Shown here: positions 1 to 12,100 of the stretch, in pieces | Position numbering within the stretch: the first letter of the stretch is position 1 | Layout of the letters: each line of letters starts with the position of its first letter | NCBI GenBank assembly: GCA_040954595.2 | Contig: CM082580.2 | Coordinates: 2,594,783 to 2,658,782 of the forward strand | Source of the DNA: Balanoglossus misakiensis | Lineage: Eukaryota > Animalia > Hemichordata | DNA: 64,000 nt | Direction of reading: 5' to 3' | Made by a program: the position numbers and the translations under genes | Notes under the pieces: generated by a model | What the model saw: the letters and a program-made list of their open reading frames with translations, nothing else | Databases searched by the model: none | What the model was told of the DNA's origin: nothing

Positions 1-66
1 AACACTATCTTATAGGCAAAATTAAAAAGTCGTGTTACAATCTATATCACATGACTGTACTTCCAG

Positions 67-3000
67 CATTGGCCTTGATGTCAGCTTCGGCCAGAAACAT
101 CGCCCTCACAAAAGAAGCATACCAGAGCAGCCTGCTGACGACCAGTGGAGTGGCGTCGAATGCCGTCGACGGCTTCAAAAGCCCTTACTGGGGAGACGGG
201 TCGTGCAGCCACACCAAGCGACAACGAGACCCCTGGTGGAAAGTGGACCTCGGCGTTCCGTACTTTGTCGACAGAGTTGTAATCACTAATCGTGCAGATT
301 GTTGCCGTGAGTATTACTAGTACATGTTTTGTTGGCTTCAGTGCAATAGTTTCATAATACCTCGTTTCAGGACTCGACAGAAATATTCCTCGACAGAAGA
401 CATATTTACTTTCACCACGATACTTATAAATGGCGTTGATGAAGCACAACAATCTCGTGTAAACCACGGGCTGTTTCTCCATTTAGCGACGCGTTTGACG
501 GGCGCCGTTGTGCGTGTTGGTTCCAGTCACAGCGTCCAAAGCAACAGTCGATGCGGAGAAACAGTCAACCCGTACAGAGCTGCAGAGTCAACAACTCTGA
601 CGTTCGACTGCGGCGCTGTCAGAAGGATTGGACGCTTCGTCAGCGTTCAGCTGGAAAACCAATACCAGTTTCTGACGTTATGTGAAGTTGAAGTCTTGGG
701 CACCCGAGGTAAGCTTTTAAGCTAACCATATATACAGCCTGGTCACGTAAGCTTACCATTCCGAACAACGAAATGTAATAGAGGGTATGGTGTCTGTGTA
801 TACACTACGGTCACTGTGTGGAGTGACCGTGTATACACATACTGTGGACGTAAAGGGTGTCACGATCATGACATACATGTACACTTGAAGGGTATTGCAG
901 CCTTAAACTTATCAGGAACTATACATTGTTAGTTTTAGGGATGAACAATTATATTTTAGAAGGGCCGAATTATATCTAAAGTTTGTAAATATTATGGAAT
1001 ATGCTAAAGTAATGTGGGCGTGAAGGGGTACTTTTACATATAGTATTGAATGTATACAGCTTCACAAACTTATTCACGTAATCACAGCTGAACTTTGGAG
1101 AGCAGACAACCGTTGTGGTCCGCAGCACCTTACTTCCTCCAACGTCACAGCCGAATGCAACCCGGATGGAGAGAATCCTTGCTGCTCGCCATCTGGTTGG
1201 TGTGGTAGGTCAGCTGATCACTGCACATGCCCTGGTTGTAGAGACTTCCGGAAGATCTATCAGCTTGATGCAGCCTATGTAACCGAAGGTATGACCAGAG
1301 TCCCTCTATCACAGATAGAGGGACTGTGGTATGACCTGCATGTTGATTGGTCAAGATTGGGCTACTCACAGTCACCATGGTAGTATTGAATTAGTTTAGT
1401 GAGTGGACATATGACGAAACTTACAATCATTAAAAGTAAAATGCTTATGTCAGTTGTAGGGCAGGATTAGCTCAATATTTTCGAAGTAATTGATCTCATT
1501 TCTTGGTCTTTCTTGCCAGAGTCTCAAAATTATATTTTCTTTCCCGGATTTGACTTTTTTGTGGACACTATGTTGTTACCTTTGTCGTGTTTATGTTGTT
1601 TTTGTAACGTTTGTGCTTGACAATTGGAGTCAACACGGCACTTTTGACGACAGGTGGTGTTAACATAGCGCTGAACAAAAAGGCGTCACAGAGTAGCGTT
1701 TACAACGCTTGGGCGCCCTCCCACGCCGTTGATGGATTCAAAAGCACCCTTGTGAAGGACAATTCCTGCGCTCACACATCCAAAGAAGACGACCCATGGT
1801 GGATGGTGGACCTGGAATACCCACACGTCGTTACAGATGTTGTAATTACAAACCGCAGAGATTGTTGTTGTAAGTTTTAAATTCATCTCTCCACATTGCT
1901 TCAGACAGTGCGGTTTAGCAGCTTTCGAAAAAGTGTTAAGGTATTACATCAATGTTGGGGGTCTAAGTCATACAGGGTACTTTGGATCTTGTGTACATAT
2001 TTCTTAACTGTTAGCGACGTACCCTTCGCGCGTGTGACGACAGGATACAACTTGGCTTTCTTGAAGGACCCACGCACCCCAAAAGGTATTGGGTACAAGA
2101 TTCCCTTTTCTTTCATACTTTCAGCTACGCGTCTAGAGGGCGCTGTCGTACGTGTCGGCTCCAGCTATAACATTCGAAGAAACGACCAGTGTGGCCAGAC
2201 TGTGACCCGCTACCAAGCAAGAGAGTCGACCACGATAACATTTGACTGCAAGGCGGGAACGGTTGGTCGTTTTGCCAGTGTTCAGCTGGAAGGGAAGCAT
2301 GAGTTTCTTACTCTATGCGAAGTGGTAGTCCATGGCGAGCACGGTACGTTCGGGACAAAATCATACATTTTATATCAATTGATGATGGTTCCCTGCAACA
2401 TGGTATTCCTTTGTGCAGTAGTCTGGTTTCCATTTTATGTCCCTGGAAAATAGAAGCACGGAAATGACAGCGCCACTTCTGTTTCGGACGTTGCGCTTGG
2501 ACAGAATGGCATTATCAGTGGAAGATGGCAGCTGTAGGTGGGGGGGGGTGGTGGTCAATTGATCAATGAAATCTGTCTCTGTGTATGCTATCATCCATAG
2601 TTCAATTATTTGTCACTTTAGTATAAAGTTGAGATATTCCTAATGTTCGGCATCATTACAGCCAAGCTTTGGAGGTACGATCGCAGATGTGGTCCAAAAT
2701 ATCCAACAGTATCTAACATACCAACCGAATGCAATCCCCTCGGCAAACACCCATGCTGTTCGCCCTCTGGTTGGTGTGGCATGTCAGTCGAACACTGCCA
2801 ATGCTCTGATTGTCTGGACTACAGGAAAATTCATGACCTCAGTCCCAGGCAGCTCCAAGTACCAACAGGTTCGTTTGTCATTGGTTTTTTTTCAGCCATT
2901 GGTGACAGTGCCATTTTTGGTTCGAGTACCTACATGCTGTTTGTTAGAGCAAACGATGTTGCCTAAATTCCCTCTTCGCTGGGCTCGTCTGTGTTTTAAA

Positions 3001-5605
3001 GGTATATAGTCACCCCTAATTTACATACGCCCATATATGGCTGAAATGGCGTATTTGAGCGTTCTAAAGAACATATGGTGGCTCTCTTTTTTCGCGTGTG
3101 CCACCCATTGAAAATCTGTGACTGGCTAGATCTCAATTTGCCATAGTAACTATAGCTAATTTTCCATAGGTGACCGTATGCATTTGAAGGCCCATTACAT
3201 GTATTACTCAAGCATACGTCGAAAGGTGAATGTCGCCATTCAAGTAACAAAATACGTTAGAAAATTCGTAAGTGTTATCAGACCTGTCAGTGACCTATCT
3301 ACACACCAATGAATCTAATCGGAAACAGTGTCCGAAATTGTTATGCGAGTAGCAGCTCAGTAGTTTTCCATCATTGATATTTGATTTCACAGGGGATTCG
3401 AATCTTGCGTTGAACAAACCTGCCTCACAGAGCAGTCTACTCAACGCGGTAGGAGTGGCGGCTCACGCCGTGGACGGTTTCACAAGCGGTAACTATATCG
3501 ACCATTCGTGTACACACACTCTGCGAGAAGAAGACCCTTGGTGGAAAGTGGATCTTGGCGATAGCTACGTTATCGACCGAGTTGTCATCACGAATAGACA
3601 GGACTGCTGTTGTAAGTTTGACATAGAGGGGGTCTACCTCCTCTATTAACGAAGGTTTGACGTAAAAAAAACACAATTGCAAAGATGCGTGAACATCACA
3701 GCGCGTATATGTCAACCTTGTCACTGTGCTACATTCCTGATATAGGCCTATCACAGTTGAAACGCGTCCAAGTGGCCCTGAAGGCTGAATATGAATATTC
3801 GTGCTATACATTGCACGTTTACTAGGGTAAATAAACAACGCAATGACAGCGTATTTTATGGTACATTACAATCAATTAGAGCAAAGCTAAATTATTCATT
3901 GTCGCTTCAACATCGCCACGCCTCCATTCGCGTTGAGTCAACATGTTGTCTGCTGCATCGCAATGATGAGGCAAAACTCTATCAAAGCACCTCCGAAGTA
4001 AGCAAGCGCACGCGCATGTCACCAGGGCGACGGTACTCTGTATTTGAATGACTGCAGATGATTCCTAGAAATTTTACCACAACGATATGCGACGTACAAT
4101 GCGAAGGTTATCGACCACAAATTGAGAACTCCTCCAAGGTGAACGACCGTTTCGCTCACCTGTAGCGGGCATTGCGTCACGCGGTGGAGCGGTCACGAAA
4201 AATAACGCTCGCAGGAGATAACATAACAAAACTTACCCCCTCCTCGTCTTTAATTCTGTCCGAAAACGCTGGTAAGCGTTGATATCTTATCCATTGAAAT
4301 GTCCGTCAACTCGCTTTTCCTGTCGTATTCCGGGTATTCCACTCAAGCAACGCGATATACTTAAACTGTAACTTTCTTCGAAACTGCATTCAGTCCAAAT
4401 AAACACCAATGTCATAAGGTGTAAAGATGACCACTTGGGAAAAATTGAGTCTATTTCTGTCTTTCTCCCTCGATACTATGATGTTTCAGCCTCGAGGTGT
4501 ACGCACGACAACCTCCATTTTGTCTTTTTTTGATGGTAATTATCTCCCCGGCTCACTATTAATTTTTTTCTCTCCAGCAAAACGTTTGAGAGGGGCTGTC
4601 GTGCGTGTTGGAAGCCGACCAGACTTCAGACGCAACCACAGGTGCGCAGGTGCGCTCGGCTGGTCTGACGTCACCACCAGTAGGATATCTGTCGAGTGTG
4701 GCGGTGTACGCGGGCGTTACGTCAGCGTGCAACTCGAAGGACACTACCAATTTCTGACACTTTGTGAGATCGAAGTTTACGAAGTTGAAGGTATTATCAC
4801 AGCACATTAAAAACTTGAAGAAATTAGACTGAAAAAAAAACATCCCAGCGTTGATCGAAGGCGCTGGGGTCAGAGAGCGCCCTCGAACGACGGATTTTTC
4901 ATTCTACGAAGAAACGTTTTCATGCACTTGCGAACTCAGCTGATTCCAGGTGCAATATTTACGCATGGGTTTCTTGCTCGACAGATGTACGCACAAAAGA
5001 GTCGAACATGGAATGTCGGCATGTGTATTCGGACAGGAGCAATGGTCTCTACCATGCAGTACCCCACGTCAGGTGTGAGGAGGGTTGGATAATGACTGAA
5101 TGCAGTGTGTTTACATTTTCGGGTATGACTGACGGAGCACAAATCAATGGTAACTCTCGATCCGCCTATCTCATCTTATCCATATTTTCGCTTCTTCCAC
5201 TATTCAGTGCATTATAATCAGTAATACATTACGCAGTAATACATAAAATACAGGACGTTGTCGCGCTGCTTACCCACACTGCAACTAATATTTAACTTCA
5301 TGGTAAGACACGTTTATGTCTTTTAATTAAATTCAATAAAAAAGCTATTTCATTTTAAAGTATTAAACATTGACAATTCTTGAATCGGATTGTTGTGTAT
5401 CAACAGACTGGAGCACATTTTAGGTAGTAGTGTGAATATTTCCTTAAACGACACAGCGGTGCCCAAAAACTGTCACGTGACTTGAATTTCTTGTTGCTAT
5501 ATTTCAGATGATGGTGTCTGTGAAGCTGCCAATGACAACAGGGCTGGCATGGCTACCAACGCGCTTAATCTCTGGGTTGTAGCCACGTGTTGTAGAGATG
5601 AATGA
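67..5605 (+). CDS. Multi-exon mosaic lectin: F-type lectin (FTLD)-ChtBD1-FTLD-ChtBD1-FTLD-PCSK9-C/resistin-like module; 5' exon probably outside the window
   Basis: Phase-1 GT-AG exons join in frame: 67-306, 487-708, 1088-1288, 1654-1869, 2125-2343, 2662-2868, 3393-3611, 4578-4790, 4940-5148, 5508-5605 (TGA). Three FTLDs (N[IL]AL.K.A.QSS...AVDG...C.HT....DPWW.VDL...V.ITNR.DCC..RL...FLTLCE) and two hevein-like domains (RCGP...ECNP....PCCSPSGWCG....HC.C..C.D[FY]R). The in-frame ATG at 51 is an alternative start. Confidence 0.88.
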
Positions 5606-5757
5606 CGTCATGATTCAAACGGACGGTCATCATCAACGTTTGACATGCGTGCGACCAAAAAATCTGACATTTGTCAATGATCGGAAAATCTAATGTGGAT
5701 TTGAATGTTTTTTTCACACAATGTACACCCGTTTGTGATTTCATAAATGAACCTGCC

Positions 5758-5763
5758 AATAAA
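5758..5763 (+). promoter_or_regulatory. Putative polyadenylation signal of the lectin gene
   Basis: AATAAA about 150 nt downstream of the TGA at 5603-5605. Confidence 0.5.
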
Positions 5764-6043
5764 CAACACAGAAAAGCAGAATCTGCTAGCCACAGGTGTG
5801 TGTAGCATTGAAGTTAAATTTCAGTCCGGAATCCTTTTGTCAGCTCCAATAACAATGTTCGTTACACGTTACAGCCCAAGAACGTGTCAGTCTTGAAATA
5901 GTCGGGTTGCCAAATACAGATTTATGCCCTAAGCCAAAATATCAGTATGCACAATGTTTTTTTGCAGATTACTCAACTATAGCATGTCCCAAATCTAACC
6001 CAAATCTTAATGATGCCACCTTGGCACCATTGAAGGTTTCGAG

Positions 6044-6505
6044 ATATCCAAGATGGCCACCAACCATGAAACAAGGCATAATTATGGTAATAATTGAACT
6101 ATGTGTCTGCGTTTATCTTACTATATTTGTGTTTTGGGGACAGTGAATCCATATTTAGCATTGGTTGATGTCTAGAGTACGGATTTAACCATTTAATATT
6201 GGGGGGTGTCTAGTCTCGGTTACCCAGACCCCCCCCCCCCCCCCTGCTTCTTCCGTTGGGCACTCCAGAAAGAGTGCCCAACTGGGTAACCGAGACTAGG
6301 GGGTGTCTAGATTTAGGGTTTAAATCCAAGATGGCCGCCAAGATGGCCACCAACCATGAAACAAGGCATAATTTTGGTAATAATAGAACTACGTGTCTGC
6401 TTTTTTCTGTGTTTTGGGGCCAGTGAATTCATATTTAGCATTTGTTGATGTCTAGAGTAAGGGTTTAACCATTTGATAGTTGGGAGTGTCTAGAGTAAGG
6501 GTTTC
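6044..6505. repeat. Two-unit direct repeat (~210-bp unit); first unit carries a MITE
   Basis: ccaagatggccaccaaccatgaaacaaggcataatt...tgtctagagta occurs at ~6048 and ~6338. Confidence 0.7.
6211..6298. mobile_element. 88-bp MITE with TAG...CTA termini and a 9-bp target-site duplication (AcademH-like)
   Basis: TIRs tagtctcggttacccag / ctgggtaaccgagacta; gggggtgtc duplicated at 6202-6210 and 6299-6307; the equivalent site in the neighbouring repeat unit is empty. Confidence 0.8.
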
Positions 6506-6820
6506 GCCTAGTAGAATCTGCCAATCAGAGGCAGACAGATTATTGGGGTCATCGAGTTATGCCACAAGTCACCATCGTTTAACTTCTGTGTGTATTCATG
6601 ATTTATAACCCACTGATCAGAGGCACACCTTCTTCGGGTCATGAGGTTATGCCCCAGGTCAGTGACTTTTTGAAAACTGAAAAATCACGAGACGACTTAA
6701 TTCATACTATATCATCTACACGTTTTAATCTCGCTATTAAACATCGAGAAATACACGTTATTTTATTTATCGACGATAGTATATATATTTTAGCTTTAGC
6801 ATATCAGTTTGCGATTATTA

Positions 6821-8696
6821 CTAAATGTATTGCTTGCAAATGTCGGATGGTTCTTCGCGGGCGCCCGCGGATTCAAAATCGACGTTGTCTGAGCGAAAAT
6901 CATCCCAGATGATGATAGCGCCCTCTGATGTGTAACGTCCGCAAAGTCTCGCCATGAGCGACACTTGGTACCAGTTTTCGCTCAAATCTTCAGGCCACAT
7001 GTGGAAGCCGAACATATCTCCCGAAAACGCATGCGCATCTGACTTCTGAGGGCTGAATCCTAACCTCACCATCCCCAAGGCGCTAAGTTGAATCCGTCGC
7101 TTCAGGGAAAACGCGTTTCTGATCCTTATTCCGTCCCGAAATATACGAAAGGAAGCCTCGTCTGCCATAGTACCAGTCAGGCACACGAGGTGCCACAAGC
7201 CGTCGTTCACTCGCCGTGTCTCGTACCATAAAAGCGAATAGTATGTGTATCTTGCTCCGTCGTGTGTTGTCACGACAAGGTTGTCATGATCCAGATAGAT
7301 GCTTTTTATGTTGGCCGCATCGGAATCGTCGGATGTCTCGAACTCGAATATGGTCGTTCTCGCTCCTGCAGAAGCCGTTCTCATCCAGAGACAAAAGGTC
7401 ACTGCCGACAGGGTTCTGGCTTCACCATTATATACAAGAGAAGGTCTGGATGATCCATCGAGAGTGAACTTAATTGATGTTGGATCTAAAAAAAAATAAG
7501 AAATTGTAAATGTGACTTTCCGCTTTACTATTCTCCCCCGAGTCCTCAAAAATAAGAAATTGTAAATGTGACTTTCCGCTTTACTATTCTCCCCCGAGTC
7601 CTCAATAATAATTGATTCATTCAAGACCGTTCAAACGTTCAACAACAACATTATGAATGATACAAGGATTGAGGCTTTACCAACCTGCAGGACATCTGGC
7701 TTGAGAATTCGGACAGATGCAGGACGCTCCAATCGGATTCTCTCTTTCAATACAAACGCTACCAGTCATACAAGCCTCCAAACGACAACCTGGATGTTCT
7801 ATGAATATTCATAGAACCGCGTGAGAGTGCAAATAAGTGGATTTTACACTTATTAGTATTCAAGAATAGGTAAATAATATCCACTCATGTCATATTGGCA
7901 TGCTTGTGAGTTTGAATGTCAACATTTCTACGATATAAAATTATCTAACCACTGTTATCAAACTCATATGGAGTAATGAAACAAATAAGGATCGTTTGTT
8001 TCAACTCGATGACAAAATAGCTTTGAGAACTTACGACACACATCAGCCACCTCCTTCTTCACATTATCAGCAATGTATTGCCTTCTTGAGAAACCACTGG
8101 CCAATAGAATAACGCGCCCTCTACGTCCCCAACACCACAGCCAAGTGCCATTCCAGTTATTGCCCGGCCGTCAAGTTTGACATCGTACATGTAAAATTGT
8201 GTCATTTCTCCAATAAAGCCGCGAAATGGGTAGCCATATCTGTCAGCGATGGGGGATCGCCCGAGTTGCACGACACCATTGGACACTATGTTCTGCACTG
8301 CAGTGATGTATCCCCAGTAGCCGATGCCATCGATGTACAACCAATGGCGGTCATTCCTCCAATCGAGCGCACGGCACACATGGTGCCAAACGCCGTCGGT
8401 GGGAATCTCAATATTCATAGTACCCCCAGTTGACCATCCCTCCGAGTCGTAGAACCACACGGTGCCGGTACACAGTATCATCACATAGTATAACTTCTGA
8501 GATGAGGGTGGCGCTGCAGTTTCGGAGTCTGCTTCGTAATGATACAGGACTGTGCGATCGTCGTGCGTGTAGTATCTGTCGCCAGTGTCTCTCTTCATCC
8601 AAAAACAAAAAGTGAACTCCGTCAGCACAGGGGTACTGTTGGAACCACTGCTTGCGAGTTTCAGACTGGACGTACCGCTAAAAACGAATTTGGGAT
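6821..8696 (-). pseudogene. Pentraxin/LamG - EGF-like - pentraxin/LamG module, distal copy (probably disrupted)
   Basis: Exons 8696-8035 (DPKF..FTFCFWMK..DGVWHHVC..GFIGEMTQF), 7798-7685 (C..EACMTG..C..SCICP..CP) and 7485-6821 (VTFCLWMR..DGLWHLVCLT..FSGDMFGFHMW, TAG). The first exon needs a frameshift near 8075 to reach its donor in the ..VADVC frame. No signal-peptide exon was recognised next to it. Confidence 0.7.
7490..7606. repeat. Tandem duplication of a ~57-bp intronic unit next to the splice acceptor
   Basis: aaaataagaaattgtaaatgtgactttccgctttactattctcccccgagtcctcaa appears twice. Confidence 0.85.
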
Positions 8697-9142
8697 CTGT
8701 AAAAGTAATGTAAACGGGCACGTTTTACTACAAGGGAGCATATTCAGTTCATCTCTGGTTTCTGTTTAGTTATAATGAAAAGAGCTACTGCTATAGTCGC
8801 ACTGACTTGAATTGTGCATCAACAAAACTGGCAGAGAAAAACAAACCGTTCATTTGACCGACCCTTCGACTGTGCGATGCTAGGGAAGTGCTCCCCAAAA
8901 TAAAGAAAGAAAACGTGAAAAGTCTAATTGACACCAATCTTAAATGATTATATATCAATTTATTTGACCTAACACCCTAGCTAGTACATGTATTTTAATC
9001 GTTAAATGACGCATGCAAATTACAAGTTATAATTGTACAATAAAACTGGCCTTTACAACTCCCGATTCCATTGCACTGAGAGAAAGAGGGGAGGGGGAAG
9101 AGAGAGAGAGATGTTGTTAAAATATTTATTTACCAAGAGAAA

Positions 9143-12100
9143 TAGTCCATGGGCCAGAGACCGAAACCCTCCCCCCCCTGAGGATTTTTGCAGACATATA
9201 TTTTTGGAAAGCCTATTTATCCAGCTGTCAGAATCAGGTTGTTTGCACTCATATTAATGGTGGGTGTGGCCGTGAGGAGCGGTTGTCATGGTAACGATAG
9301 CATAATTTTAGGGGTACTCATACAGTTAAAAAATGATATATTTCAGGATCTGAGAAAGCTAGAGAAAAAATTTAAACATTGGGTCTTATAAAGTAGGGGA
9401 CGGGCTATCCAATGATTACATGACCGACAAGGTCAGAGGTCAAGTTCATCTTCAAAACGCGGGGTCAAAGTAAAAATTTCGCTATTTTTTGCACATCGAT
9501 CATACATAGTTTCGATTTACTGGAAAACGGTTTGCTCGAGGAGGCTGTAAATTGGTCATCAGGTAGCATGGAACATTAGGTTTATGAAAAATAAGCTGAT
9601 TCACGTCTTTGATATTAAGTTATATTAAAATTCTGTTACCATAACGACGGATAGCAGATTTTGCGAAAATCACAAAAATAAGAATCCTGCTATATATATC
9701 TGCTACCAATTAAGCTTTAGATAAAATTTAAACACTCAAACTTATAATGTCGGGTGCGATCATTTCATTGCTTACTTGAACTTTGGGGTTCAAGGTCAAG
9801 GTCATCCTCAAATTTCAGGTCAAAGTGACAAAATGGACATTATGGATTTTTGTTCAAAATGACATTTTACGGCGAGCGTTTACTAAACACTGTTTGGGTC
9901 TAGAATGCTATAATTTGATCTCCAGATAGAGATGTGTATTGTTTACAAAGATTTTAATTTGTTTTGCTGTTTACATATACTTAATATGCAAAACCTGCTG
10001 TTTTAATGACAACAAAATGAATGGTAGGAATAGCAAGAGTACTCATACAGTTAAAATGAGATATTTCAGGTTCTGAGAAAGCTAGAGAAAAAATTTAAAC
10101 ATTCAGTATTATAAAGTAGGGTACGGACTATCCAATTATTACACGACCGACAAGGTCAGAGGTCAAGTTCATCTTCAAAACTTGGGGTCAAAGTGAAAAT
10201 TTCGCTATTTTTTGCATATCGGTCATACATAGTTTTGATTTACTGGAAAACGGTTTGCTCGAGGAGGCTGTAAATTGGTCATCAGGTTGCAAGGAATATT
10301 AGCTTTAAGAAAAATAGGCCTATTTTCGTCTTTGGTTGTAATTTATATTAAAATTCTGTAACCATAACGACGGATAGAAGATTTTGCGAAATTCCCCAAA
10401 ATAAGAAACTTGCTATATCTTTGCTACCAATTAAGCTTTAGATAAAATTTAAACACTCAAACTTGTATTGTCGGATGCGAGCTTTTGATTGCTAAATTGA
10501 ACTTTGGGGTTCAAGGTCAAGGTCATCCTCAAATTTCGGGTCAAAGTGACAAAATGGGCATTACGGACTTTGTTCAAAATCACATTTTACGGCGAGCGTT
10601 TACTACACTGTTGGGATCTAGAATGCTATAATTTTGTATATTTTGATATTAATATTCAAATAAGATGCCACTTTGATTTCTGGATATTATTATATAAAAA
10701 AACGCGACCGTGGGAGTGCGAGTCATGCTGATTTATGCGTTATCCCATGATGCCACTGTAGCAATAGTCCAGACAAACCGATCGAATATCTGTGTTTTAG
10801 GCACAGAGATTTTTTGGAAATTGTGCGTAAAGCACTTAAGACACATTATATACTCAAAAGCAATGTTTTTAAATCACAATCATTCATAATCATACAAAAT
10901 GAATGCTACGTTTAAAAAAAAACGTTTGCTCATGTGGAAATGTTTTCCGGTTGTTTGTCATTGCATGGCCTCCATCTTGCTGATGAAACGTCCAGCGCTA
11001 GGTTCTGCAACTTTTTATCATGGTGTAAAGGTAGGGAACACAGTCAATGCCTGAGATGGATTGTGATCTTTTGACTTCCCAGCCTGCTAATGAACTTTTG
11101 GAAATAGTTCACAATTTTGTGGAACACATCATTGAACATCATTTCCCGCTTATGGCTGAGTTTAGACAAGAGAGGAGTAACTTTTAACTTTTGGTATGAC
11201 TTTGTGTAGAGTATTGCTGCCATTACAACTCTACCCACCGGTGGAAATGTAAGTGCATTAAGAAATGGTGATTGAGATATTTGCCAAACTGCTAAGAATC
11301 AGCTATTATTTCCTCTGTTGTTTTGTGCCAATCGAAACGGACTATGCAAGATACATGTCAGTACTTATTCTGGTGATGCATGGAATACCCGAAAGTGTAC
11401 AAGAGTCATTAAATGAGGAGGATTCATGACAAACTTATCTGACGATTCACTAAAGGGTGCTGGTGGTGTTATAGGATTAAAGATGAGAGGTTTAGCACTT
11501 GAAAAGTGGTTTTGGGTGGACCGATTACTGCAAAGTTCTCTGATACATTTCACAAATAAATATGCAGTATTGGTAAACAAAATAAGATCCGATATGGAAA
11601 AGCAGTCATTAAGAGATGGAATACTGATGTGGCAAAGCTTTAAGAATTATAAGGTGGAGCATTTGTCGACCCATTTGATCTTTCCGACCCTCATTTAAGC
11701 AATTATCAACATTACTATATCAAAAGATATGGCTGGGGTTTTTTTCTGAGCAAATAATTATACAAGAAGAACCTGACAAACCGTGTAAGTGCTTCTATCA
11801 TAGTATGACTTGCGGCAATGTAAAAACATGACAAAAATGAAGAAGACGGTTTATCTTTGATTACCTGCTGTTAATACAAGTTAGAAGATGCCACTCATTG
11901 GAGTCATTGAAAATTCCAACGTTCCTCTCTGTTTGTTTTCAGATGATGGACTTAAAATTCATTTCCAGGAGACAGATAGACTAGACTTGAGGCTGCCGAT
12001 GCCATAGTTTATGATGACCATTCAGTCTCTGTCTGGTCCTAATCTTGTAGACAGAATCACTTTTATCGATATAGCAATAGGATTTATGGAATACATAATG

